In this document: piece by piece, positions 1 to 8,170 of the stretch | Layout: the number at the start of each line of letters is the position of its first letter | Position numbering within the stretch: position 1 is the first letter of the stretch | From: an uncultured Prevotellaceae bacterium | GTDB lineage: Bacteria; Bacteroidota; Bacteroidia; Bacteroidales; Muribaculaceae | Length of the DNA: 64,000 bases | Assembly (NCBI GenBank): GCA_900318535.1 | Contig: ONKU01000019.1 | Coordinates: 472 to 64,471, forward strand | Direction of reading: 5' to 3' | The notes under the pieces: model-generated | Seen by the model: the letters and a program-made list of their open reading frames with translations, nothing else | What the model was told of the DNA's origin: nothing | The model's database searches: none | Program-made: the position numbers and the translations under genes

Positions 1-1678
1 CCAAAACATATCATCCGAGTACGTCACGGCAGCCGTGCTCCAGCCACTGCCCACGTAGATGGTCAGCAGATTTCTGCTGCCATAGAACATGTATCTCATA
101 TCGGTCACCTTGGACGTGTTGAAACTGCTCAGGTCAAGGCTCGTCAATTTAGAACAGCTTGGGAACATATACCCCATATTGGTCACCTCACTGGTGTTCA
201 GGTAACTCATGCCCGTGATGGATTCAAGGTTCCACATTTCGTAGAACCAATCGTAGGTGGACGTCGGGCGGGCACCAGCAAACGACGGGTCAAAGACAAC
301 CTTGGTCACGCTGGCATTGATACCGTCGGTGTCCCAACCGGTATCGGTGGCGCCCGTGTTCAGGTCATAGGTCGTGCCCGTGCGGCTGCTGCGGTTGCCG
401 TCGTAGTAGAACGTCAACGTCGTGTTCGACGGCGTGTAGCAGGCATAGGCCTCTTTCCACTCGGTGAAGTAGCCCGGGTTGCTCGGGCCGCCGTCGATAT
501 GGGCATAGGTCTTGCCTTTCGGGTTGGATGAACTCCAGGTCGTGCCCTGGCCGCCCACCAGACTGGTGCAACCCTCGAACATATTTGAAGAATACGTCAC
601 AGCAGCGGTGCTCCAGCCATTACCTACATAGACAGTTCGCAGATTGGTGCAGTTGGAGAACATGTATTCCATATTGGTCACCTGGGAAGTGTTGAAACTG
701 CTCAGGTTCAGACTCTCCAATGCCTGGCAACTGCCGAACATGGTACGCATAGTGGTCACACGGGAGGTGTTGAAATGACTCAAGTCAATGCCCGTCAAAC
801 CAGAGCAAATTTTGGAACCAACTGCCGGTGGTCGTCGGGCGGGCATCAGCAAACGAGGAGTTAAAGACCACTTTGGTCACATTGGCATTGGTGCCGTCAG
901 TGTACCATGCGGGATAGGTGGATCCCGTGTTCAGGCTGTAGGTCGTGCCCATGCGGCTGCTGCGCAGGTAGTCGTAGTAGAACGTCAGCGTCGTGTTCGA
1001 CGGCGTGTAGCAGGCATAGGCAACAGGAGGATTCTTTTCGGTGAAGTAGCCCGGGTTGCTCGTGCCGCCGTCGATGCGGGCGTAGGTCTTGTCTTTCGGG
1101 TTGGATGTGCTCCAGGTCGTACCCTGGCCGCCCACCAGGCTGGAGCAGTTAGCGAACATAGACTCGGAATTCGTCACGGCCGCCGTGCTCCAACTACTGT
1201 CCACATAGATGGTCGTCAAGTTGCTGCAGCCATTGAACATGTAAGCCATATCGGTCACCTGGGACGTATTGAAGTGGCTCAGGTCAAGGCTAGTCAATTT
1301 TGTACAGATGGCGAACATCCAACCCATTCTGGTCACCTCGCTGGTGTTCAGGTAACTCATGCCAGTGATGGATTCAAGATTCTGCATGCGATAGAACCAA
1401 TCGTAGGTGGTCGTCGGGCGGAAATTGGCGAACGAGGGGTCAAAGACTACCTTGGTCACATAGGATTTGGTGCCATCAGTGTCCCAACCGGTATCGTTGG
1501 CGCCCGTGTTCAGGTCGTAGGTCGTGCCCGTGCGGGTGCTGCGGTAGTTGTCGTAGTAGAACGTCAGCGTCGTGTTCGACGACGTGTAGCAGGCATAGGC
1601 CTCGGCAGCACTGGCGCCGAGGGCGCACATCATGGCCGCCACCAGGACAGCAAGTCTGAAAAGTAGTGCCTTTTTCAT
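1..1678 (-). pseudogene. BspA/DUF285-type leucine-rich-repeat surface protein built of ~190-aa modules; one-base frameshift at ~808; runs off the left window edge
   Basis: Signal peptide MKKALLFRLAVLVAAMMCALGASA and repeats LDLSHFNTSQVTDMAYMF. ORF 785..1678 ends WFQNLLWFDGH*. Removing one base at 807-809 gives WFQNCSGLTGIDLSHFNTSRV..., which I translated without a stop to position 1. Confidence 0.85.
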
Positions 1679-1717
1679 AATTGATGGGTTTTATTCGGTT
1701 AATAATGTTATTTGTCG

Positions 1718-1725
1718 CAAATTTA
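1718..1725 (-). promoter_or_regulatory. Bacteroidetes -7 promoter element (TAAATTTG) for the BspA gene
   Basis: CAAATTTA on + strand, 40 nt upstream of ATG 1678. Confidence 0.6.
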
Positions 1726-1820
1726 GTAAAGATTTGATTAAAATAAAAGAAAAAGACAAAAAAAGTGTCGCATCCGCACCCCTCACCAAAAAGGAAAACA
1801 ACAAACACAACAAATACAAT

Positions 1821-2008
1821 GGCATCCGCACCCCCATTGCCACACGCTAAGGCGCTAAGCCGCGAAGTTTCTATTATCGTAAAGAGCCCCGTTAGGGACG
1901 ACCAGGGTATGATGGCCCCTTACGGGGCTCTTTACAGGTAACTGATTATTCAAAAACAACATCTTAGCGGCTTGGCGTCTTAGCGTGAGGCAACAGAGCG
2001 CGGATGCC
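1821..2008. repeat. Nested inverted-repeat element (MITE/REPIN-like)
   Basis: Left arm ggcatccgca...cacgctaaggcgctaagccgc (1821-1867) pairs imperfectly with gcggcttggcgtcttagcgtg...gcggatgcc (1963-2008). Internal hairpin gtaaagagccccgt...acggggctctttac at 1879-1935. Confidence 0.75.
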
Positions 2009-2043
2009 AACTAGGGACTAGGGACTAGAAACCAAAGATCAGG
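2009..2043 (+). repeat. Heptamer tandem array
   Basis: AACTAGG GACTAGG GACTAGA AACCAAA GATCAGG. Confidence 0.7.
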
Positions 2044-2046
2044 GCG

Positions 2047-2078
2047 TTTGGTTTTCTCATGAAAAAGTCGTACCTTTG
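2047..2078 (+). promoter_or_regulatory. Bacteroidetes primary sigma promoter for uvrA
   Basis: TTTG 2047-2050, 20-nt spacer, TACCTTTG 2071-2078. Confidence 0.75.
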
Positions 2079-2097
2079 CGGGCTCGAATTTTCTAGA

Positions 2098-4899
2098 ATG
2101 GCTACTGGAGGCGACATCATCATCAAGGGGGCCCGCGTCAACAACCTGAAGAATGTTGACGTGACGATACCGCGCGGCAAGTTCGTCGTGGTTACGGGCC
2201 TGTCGGGCAGCGGCAAGTCGTCGCTGGCCTTCGACACACTGTATGCCGAGGGGCAGCGCCGCTATGTCGAGAGCCTGTCGTCCTATGCGCGCCAGTTCAT
2301 GGGGCGCCTGAGCAAACCCGACTGCGACTTCATCTACGGCCTACCGCCCGCCATTGCCGTGGAGCAGCGCACCGTGACGCGCAACTCGCGCAGCACCGTG
2401 GGCACGAGCACCGAGATCTATGACTACCTGCGCCTGCTGTTCGCCCGCGTGGGCAAGACGTTCTCGCCCGTGTCGGGAAACTTGGTGAAAAAGCACACCG
2501 CCAACGACGTCATCGACACCATCAACACCTACCCCGACGGCACCCGCCTGGCGCTGTTGACCGAGGTCATCGTGCCCGAGGGGCGCGACCTGCGCACCCA
2601 ACTCGACATCCTGACCAAGGGCGGCTACTCCAGGCTGATGACCCGCGACGGCCGCTTTGTGGACATTGCCCAGGTCATGGCGACCGACGGCGAACTCGAT
2701 GCCGCCGACTACCGACTGCTCATCGACCGCCTGGCGGTGACCCACAGCCGCGACGACGAGATGCGCCTGCTGGACTCGCTGCAGACGGCTTTCTACGAGG
2801 GCAAGGACGAGTGCATCGTCGTGGTGTGGCAGCAGGACGGCTCGACGGTGGAGCACCGCTTCTCCAAACGCTTTGAGCTGGACGGGATGACGTTTGAAGA
2901 GCCCAGCGACCTGATGTTCAACTTCAACAACCCGCTGGGGGCATGCCCCACGTGCGAGGGATTCGGCAGTGTCATCGGCATCGACGAGAGCCTGGTGGTG
3001 CCCGACCGCAGCCGCTCGGTCTATGACGATGCGGTGATGTGCTGGCGCGGACAGGTCATGGGAGAGTGGAAAAAAGAGTTTATCCACATCGCCTCAAGTC
3101 ACAATTTTCCCATCCACAAGCCCTATCACGAGCTCAACCAGGAGCAGCTCGACCTGCTGTGGCACGGCTCCGATGACGGCCGCTGGCCGGGCATCGACGG
3201 CTTCTTTGAGTGGGTCAAGAGCAAGTCCTATGCCATCCAGTTCCGCGTGCTGCTGGCACGCTACCGCGGCAAGACGGTGTGCCCCGACTGCCACGGCACC
3301 CGCCTGAAGCCCCAAGCGGGCTACGTCAAGGTGGGCGGCAAGACCATCAGCGAGCTGGTGCGCATGCCCGTCAAAGAGCTGAAGCAGTGGTTCAGCGAGC
3401 TGAGCCTCGACGAGACCGACGCAACGATTGCCAAGCGGCTGTTGACCGAGATCAACACCCGCCTGGAGTACCTGTGCAACGTGGGCGTGGGCTACCTGAC
3501 GCTCGACCGCCTGTCGGCAACCCTGTCGGGCGGCGAGAGCCAGCGCATCAACCTGGCGACGGCCCTGGGCAGCTCGCTGGTCGGCTCGGTCTATATCCTG
3601 GACGAGCCCTCCATCGGCCTGCACCCGCGCGACACCCACCGGCTGATACACGTGCTGCGCATGCTGCAGCAGCTGGGCAACACGGTGGTCGTGGTCGAGC
3701 ATGACGAGGACATCATCCGCAGCGCCGACTACCTGATCGACGTCGGCCCCGAGGCCGGACGCAACGGCGGCCGCATCACCTATCAGGGCCCCGTCAGCCA
3801 GCTCGAGGGCGCGCAAGAGAGCTACACCGCCAAGTACCTCACCGGCGAACTGACCATCCCGCTGCCCAAGCATCGCCGCAAGTGGAGCCAGTATATCGAG
3901 GTCAAGGGGGCGACCCACAACAACCTCAAGAACATCGACGTGAAGTTCCCGCTGGGTGTAATGACGGTGGTCACCGGCGTGAGCGGCTCGGGAAAATCGA
4001 CCCTCGTGGGCAAAATCCTCTACCCTGCCCTGGCGCGCAATTACGACCAGACGGCCGAGGTGCCCGGCAGCCACAAGAGCATCGGCGGCGACCTGAACCG
4101 GCTGTCGGCGGTGGAATTCATCGACCAGGGTCCCATCGGCAAGAGTTCGCGCAGCAATCCGGCCACTTACCTCAAGGCCTTTGACGAGATACGCCAGCTG
4201 TTCGCCCAGCAGCAGCTGTCCAAGCAGATGGGCTACAACGGCAGCTTCTTCTCGTTCAACTCGCCGGGCGGCCGTTGCGAGGAGTGCAAGGGCGAGGGCA
4301 CCATTACCATCGAGATGCAGTTCATGGCCGACATCACCCTCACGTGTGAGGCCTGCCACGGCAAGCGCTTCTCCCGCAACGCGCTGGACATCACCTTCAG
4401 GGACAAGACCATCAGCGACATCCTGGACATGACGGTGAACCAGGCCATCGAGTTCTTCAACGAGTCGAGCACCTACAACGAGCACAAGATCGTGCGGCGC
4501 CTCAAGCCGTTGCAGGACGTGGGTCTGGGTTACATCAAGCTGGGACAGTCGTCGTCCACACTGTCGGGCGGCGAAAACCAGCGCGTGAAACTGGCCTATT
4601 ACCTGAGCGGCGAGCGACAGGGCAACACGCTGTTCATCTTTGACGAACCCACCACCGGCCTGCACCTGCACGACATCAACACGCTGATGAAATCCTTTGA
4701 CCAGCTCATCGGCAACGGCCACACGGTGGTCATCATCGAGCACAACCTGGAAGTCATCAAGTGCGCAGACCACATCATCGACCTGGGGCCCGAGGGCGGC
4801 GACCTGGGCGGCAACATCGTCGTGGCTGGCACTCCCGAGGAGGTCGCCAAGTGCAAAGAGAGCTACACGGCACAGTTCCTGGCCGAGAAACTGAAATAA
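2098..4899 (+). CDS. uvrA: Excinuclease ABC subunit A
   Basis: [12 protein letters not shown], two Walker A motifs ([18 protein letters not shown]), LSGGE signatures, Zn-finger CxxC pairs. Start moved from 2059 to ATG 2098, downstream of the promoter. Confidence 0.97.
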   Translation: MATGGDIIIKGARVNNLKNVDVTIPRGKFVVVTGLSGSGKSSLAFDTLYAEGQRRYVESLSSYARQFMGRLSKPDCDFIYGLPPAIAVEQRTVTRNSRSTVGTSTEIYDYLRLLFARVGKTFSPVSGNLVKKHTANDVIDTINTYPDGTRLALLTEVIVPEGRDLRTQLDILTKGGYSRLMTRDGRFVDIAQVMATDGELDAADYRLLIDRLAVTHSRDDEMRLLDSLQTAFYEGKDECIVVVWQQDGSTVEHRFSKRFELDGMTFEEPSDLMFNFNNPLGACPTCEGFGSVIGIDESLVVPDRSRSVYDDAVMCWRGQVMGEWKKEFIHIASSHNFPIHKPYHELNQEQLDLLWHGSDDGRWPGIDGFFEWVKSKSYAIQFRVLLARYRGKTVCPDCHGTRLKPQAGYVKVGGKTISELVRMPVKELKQWFSELSLDETDATIAKRLLTEINTRLEYLCNVGVGYLTLDRLSATLSGGESQRINLATALGSSLVGSVYILDEPSIGLHPRDTHRLIHVLRMLQQLGNTVVVVEHDEDIIRSADYLIDVGPEAGRNGGRITYQGPVSQLEGAQESYTAKYLTGELTIPLPKHRRKWSQYIEVKGATHNNLKNIDVKFPLGVMTVVTGVSGSGKSTLVGKILYPALARNYDQTAEVPGSHKSIGGDLNRLSAVEFIDQGPIGKSSRSNPATYLKAFDEIRQLFAQQQLSKQMGYNGSFFSFNSPGGRCEECKGEGTITIEMQFMADITLTCEACHGKRFSRNALDITFRDKTISDILDMTVNQAIEFFNESSTYNEHKIVRRLKPLQDVGLGYIKLGQSSSTLSGGENQRVKLAYYLSGERQGNTLFIFDEPTTGLHLHDINTLMKSFDQLIGNGHTVVIIEHNLEVIKCADHIIDLGPEGGDLGGNIVVAGTPEEVAKCKESYTAQFLAEKLK

Positions 4900-4938
4900 C
4901 GACCCCGTCTCACGCCAAGACACCAAATTTTGAATACA

Positions 4939-5499
4939 ATGATGGACAATAACACAGCAAGGGAAATCAGGAAAGAGTTTTTTGCTTACCGCAACGGCAT
5001 CATCGCCGACAAACTGCGCCATGCGGGCGACCCGCACTCCATGATCATGGGCTGCCTGCTGGTTGACGTGACGGCCATTGCCCAACGCACCCGCGAGGCC
5101 CTTGGGGATGACGCACAACTCCTGGCCCTGGCCCAGGAGCTGTGGGCCGACACCAACTCGCGCGAGTGCCGTCTGGCAGCGCCCATGCTCTACCCTGCCA
5201 CGCTGATGTCACTCGAGACCGCCATGCAGTGGTGCCAGAGCGTTGAGACCGTCGAAATCGCCGACAACCTGTGCCACAAACTGCTGCGCAACCTGCCTGA
5301 GGCCGATGCCCTGTTCCGCCAACTCATCGCCCAGGAACAGACCATGCTCAAATACACCGGCTACCGCCTGTTACTCAACCTGTTGCTGACGGGCAAGACG
5401 CAAGCCACACCCGCACTGAAAGCCATCGTCGAAGCCGAAGCAGCACAGGCACAACCCCCGCTCACCACGCTCCTGCGCGATGTGCTGGAAGAATTCTAA
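4939..5499 (+). CDS. DNA alkylation repair (AlkD-like HEAT repeat) family protein
   Basis: Helical protein with RNGIIA...LAQELW...RECRLAA pattern, recalled from Bacteroidales DNA alkylation repair proteins; follows uvrA. Confidence 0.6.
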   Translation: MMDNNTAREIRKEFFAYRNGIIADKLRHAGDPHSMIMGCLLVDVTAIAQRTREALGDDAQLLALAQELWADTNSRECRLAAPMLYPATLMSLETAMQWCQSVETVEIADNLCHKLLRNLPEADALFRQLIAQEQTMLKYTGYRLLLNLLLTGKTQATPALKAIVEAEAAQAQPPLTTLLRDVLEEF

Positions 5500-5515
5500 G
5501 AAAACAACTGAATGA

Positions 5516-5541
5516 GTAGAGACGAAACATCTTGCGTCTCC
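5516..5541 (+). repeat. GTAG-type REP-like palindrome
   Basis: GTAGAGACGaaacatcttgCGTCTCc between two convergent stop codons. Confidence 0.6.
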
Positions 5542-5564
5542 AGGCAGATATCATTGGGCACAAG

Positions 5565-6776
5565 TCAGCTCAACGATTCTTCACGCTTGATATTGCTGAC
5601 GAGCGTCCACGTGTAGTGCAGATAGGTCACCAGATAGATGATGGCTGCCACCACGTGGCCGTTACCCTTGTCGCCAAAGAGGTAAATGCCGTAGTAATAC
5701 AGGCTGACGAGCGTCGTGATGACGGCATACTTGATGAAACGCCTGTCCCAGCACGCCAGCAATACCAGCAAAAGGTCCAGCAAATAGGCATAGCGGTCGT
5801 GCATGCTGGGCAAGAGCAATAGCATCGTCCACATGAACCACGCTGCCACGGCATAGAAGCGCTCACGCGCCAGCAAGTCGGTTTTGTGGTTCAGGCAGTA
5901 CCACAGGCCCACAGCCAGCGCTGCCACCGTGAGCATGATGGCAAACCAGCGCATCGACCAGTAGTCATTGCCCACGAGCATCCACAGGCTGGGGAAACTC
6001 ATGTACATTTCCTGATAATGGCCCACCTGTCCCGTATAGATAAGGATGGGTGCCAACAGGCTGCGTCCATAGGCAAACGCCACGATACCCGACAGCCACA
6101 TCACCGCCACGGACAGCAAAATCCACAACAGGCTGAAACGCTTGCTCAACAGGTAATATACACCGATAATCGGCAGGATAAACACGGTCTGCAACTTGCA
6201 GGCAAACGCCAATCCCAGCATCACGAAGGCACCGACAAAGGAGTTGCGGCGCAACAGGTAGAGCGTAGCCAGGCAGCAAGTGGCATACAGCGAGTCGCAT
6301 TGGCCCCAATAGGAAGAATTGAGCATCACTGTGGGTAAGAGCCACACCGCGGCGGCCACCAGCCACGACTGGAAGCGCACACGGCGCACAGCGTCGGCAG
6401 CAGGAGCACCCGACAGGCTCTCCATGCGCACGTCACGATAGATAGCGGCAGCCACGAGCGCCAGCGGGATATCGAACAGCGACGAGAGCAGTTTGTACTG
6501 CACCACAGCCGGCAGGGGCAGATAAGTCATCAGCGAAATCAAGCTCTGGTAAAGCAGGCCATAATCGCCCACCTGACCGGCAAGTGCCGGCAGTCCGCCG
6601 GCCGCCTGGATCTTTTCGAACCACGGTATCAGGCAATAGGTCATGTCCTCGGACACGAAATAACGGCCCGCCCACCTGATGGCCACGCCAACAACAAACA
6701 GCAGCGCCAGCAGCAGCACGTGGCGGTGCCTGTCGATGGCGTCGATGCATTTATTCTCCAGTGATGTCGTTTTCAT
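5565..6776 (-). CDS. Polytopic membrane GT-C fold glycosyltransferase (mannosyltransferase-like)
   Basis: Many TM segments; DY in first loop, WGQCDS, KLQ and HDRY motifs. Start taken at MKTTS (6776). Confidence 0.65.
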   Translation of the reverse strand: MKTTSLENKCIDAIDRHRHVLLLALLFVVGVAIRWAGRYFVSEDMTYCLIPWFEKIQAAGGLPALAGQVGDYGLLYQSLISLMTYLPLPAVVQYKLLSSLFDIPLALVAAAIYRDVRMESLSGAPAADAVRRVRFQSWLVAAAVWLLPTVMLNSSYWGQCDSLYATCCLATLYLLRRNSFVGAFVMLGLAFACKLQTVFILPIIGVYYLLSKRFSLLWILLSVAVMWLSGIVAFAYGRSLLAPILIYTGQVGHYQEMYMSFPSLWMLVGNDYWSMRWFAIMLTVAALAVGLWYCLNHKTDLLARERFYAVAAWFMWTMLLLLPSMHDRYAYLLDLLLVLLACWDRRFIKYAVITTLVSLYYYGIYLFGDKGNGHVVAAIIYLVTYLHYTWTLVSNIKREESLS

Positions 6777-6870
6777 TGCGATAATCGATTGCATGACACG
6801 GGAATTGACCCCGATGCGCAAAAATAGTACAAATATTCCTTGTGGGCAAGACCACAGCGGCCTTTTTCGG

Positions 6871-8007
6871 TCATCCGTCCCACATCAGGTCGCGAATCAC
6901 GCTGTCGCTCAGCAAGATGCCTTCAGCAGTGAGCACATAGCGCGACCCGTCGTCCAGCCTGACGTTGCCGGCCTCAATATGGCGCTGCACCTCGCGAGAG
7001 AAATGATTCCACGCCTCGTCGCCGAAGTCTTCACGCAAGCGCTCGGCATCGACACCGCGCGCCGTCCTCAGCCCGAGCATCACCCGCTCGTCGTATCGCT
7101 CCCAACGCGTCATCTCCTCCTGCTCACAGGCCGGCATACCGGCATTGATGCGGGCAACATACTGATGCCGGTCACAGGGATTGCTGCGACGGACGTTGCC
7201 GTCATAGCTGTGAGCCGCTGCCCCCAGGCCCAGATAGGGCGTCTCGTCCCAATACGAGGAATTGTGGCGGGAATAGTAGCCTGGAAGGGCAAAATTAGAA
7301 ATCTCATAATGCTCAAAACCAGCATTTTGCAGCATCCTCACGAGCACTTTATACATTTCGATGCAATCCTCCTCGGGCACCTCGCTCACCTCGCCCCGCT
7401 CGCGCTGCCGCCACAACCGCGTGCCCTCCTCATAGGTCAGCCCATAGGCCGAGACGTGTTGAGGGCTTAAAGCGATGGCCTGCTCGACGGTGCGGGTCCA
7501 CGAGTCGAGCGTCTGCCCCGGCAAGCCGTAGATGAGATCGATGCTGACGTTGGTGATGCCTGCCGCATGCAGGTTTTCCATCGCCTGGGTGACCTGACGG
7601 GCATTGTGACGGCGCCCGATGGCCCGCAGGATGGGGTCCTCGAACGACTGCACGCCCATGCTCACGCGGTTCACGCCCAGCGGACGCAACGCCGCACACC
7701 ATTCGGCCGTCACATCGTCGGGGTTGGCCTCGATGGTGAACTCCTCGACGTCAGACAGGTTTAATGATTCGTTCAGTCCCTTAACCAGCCGTTCCAGCAG
7801 CGGCAACGGCAGCTGCGACGGCGTGCCGCCACCCATATACAGGGTGCGCAACTGCTCGCCGCGCAATTCCGGATTGCGCAACGCGGCCTCGGCCACAACC
7901 GCCTCGACATAAGGCGCGCCCGCGTCCTTCAATTCCAGCGTGGAAAAAAAGTCGCAGTAGCTGCAGCGGCTTGCGCAAAAGGGGATATGGACATACACTC
8001 CTGCCAT
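6871..8007 (-). CDS. hemW: Radical SAM heme chaperone HemW
   Basis: YVHIPFCASRCSYCDF (CxxxCxxC), GGGTPS, YEISNF, HNSSYW. Confidence 0.92.
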   Translation of the reverse strand: MAGVYVHIPFCASRCSYCDFFSTLELKDAGAPYVEAVVAEAALRNPELRGEQLRTLYMGGGTPSQLPLPLLERLVKGLNESLNLSDVEEFTIEANPDDVTAEWCAALRPLGVNRVSMGVQSFEDPILRAIGRRHNARQVTQAMENLHAAGITNVSIDLIYGLPGQTLDSWTRTVEQAIALSPQHVSAYGLTYEEGTRLWRQRERGEVSEVPEEDCIEMYKVLVRMLQNAGFEHYEISNFALPGYYSRHNSSYWDETPYLGLGAAAHSYDGNVRRSNPCDRHQYVARINAGMPACEQEEMTRWERYDERVMLGLRTARGVDAERLREDFGDEAWNHFSREVQRHIEAGNVRLDDGSRYVLTAEGILLSDSVIRDLMWDG

Positions 8008-8101
8008 TTCATGTCGCGTTATTCATGGTGCAAAATTAGTCATTTTTGGCCTTGTTGAAAATTTTCTTTTTAATAATGTTGTGATTCAGCGCAAAAATGA
8101 C

Positions 8102-8109
8102 TAATTTTG
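8102..8109 (+). promoter_or_regulatory. -7 promoter element for fusA2; divergent hemW element at 8031-8038
   Basis: TAATTTTG on + strand; CAAAATTA at 8031-8038 for the - strand. Confidence 0.6.
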
Positions 8110-8170
8110 CAGGCCGTTTAGCAAACAAAATATCAATTCACTATATAACAACCATTTAACAACAACACTA

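Noticed and set aside
1-1678. BspA modules as DGR template and variable repeats
   Set aside because: No reverse transcriptase or avd gene in the window, all copies are coding, and the differences are not confined to adenines.
3094-5118. 674-aa antisense ORF over uvrA, and similar long antisense ORFs (788..1666, 8168..9439, 22802..24790, 32269..33867, 52764..54374)
   Set aside because: Shadow frames opposite well-supported genes. The strong C/G third-position bias removes stops on the opposite strand, and the translations have no recognisable motifs.
8008-8170. Cur-binding site upstream of fusA2
   Set aside because: Only a weak half-site (AATGTT) was seen, with no convincing palindrome by eye.
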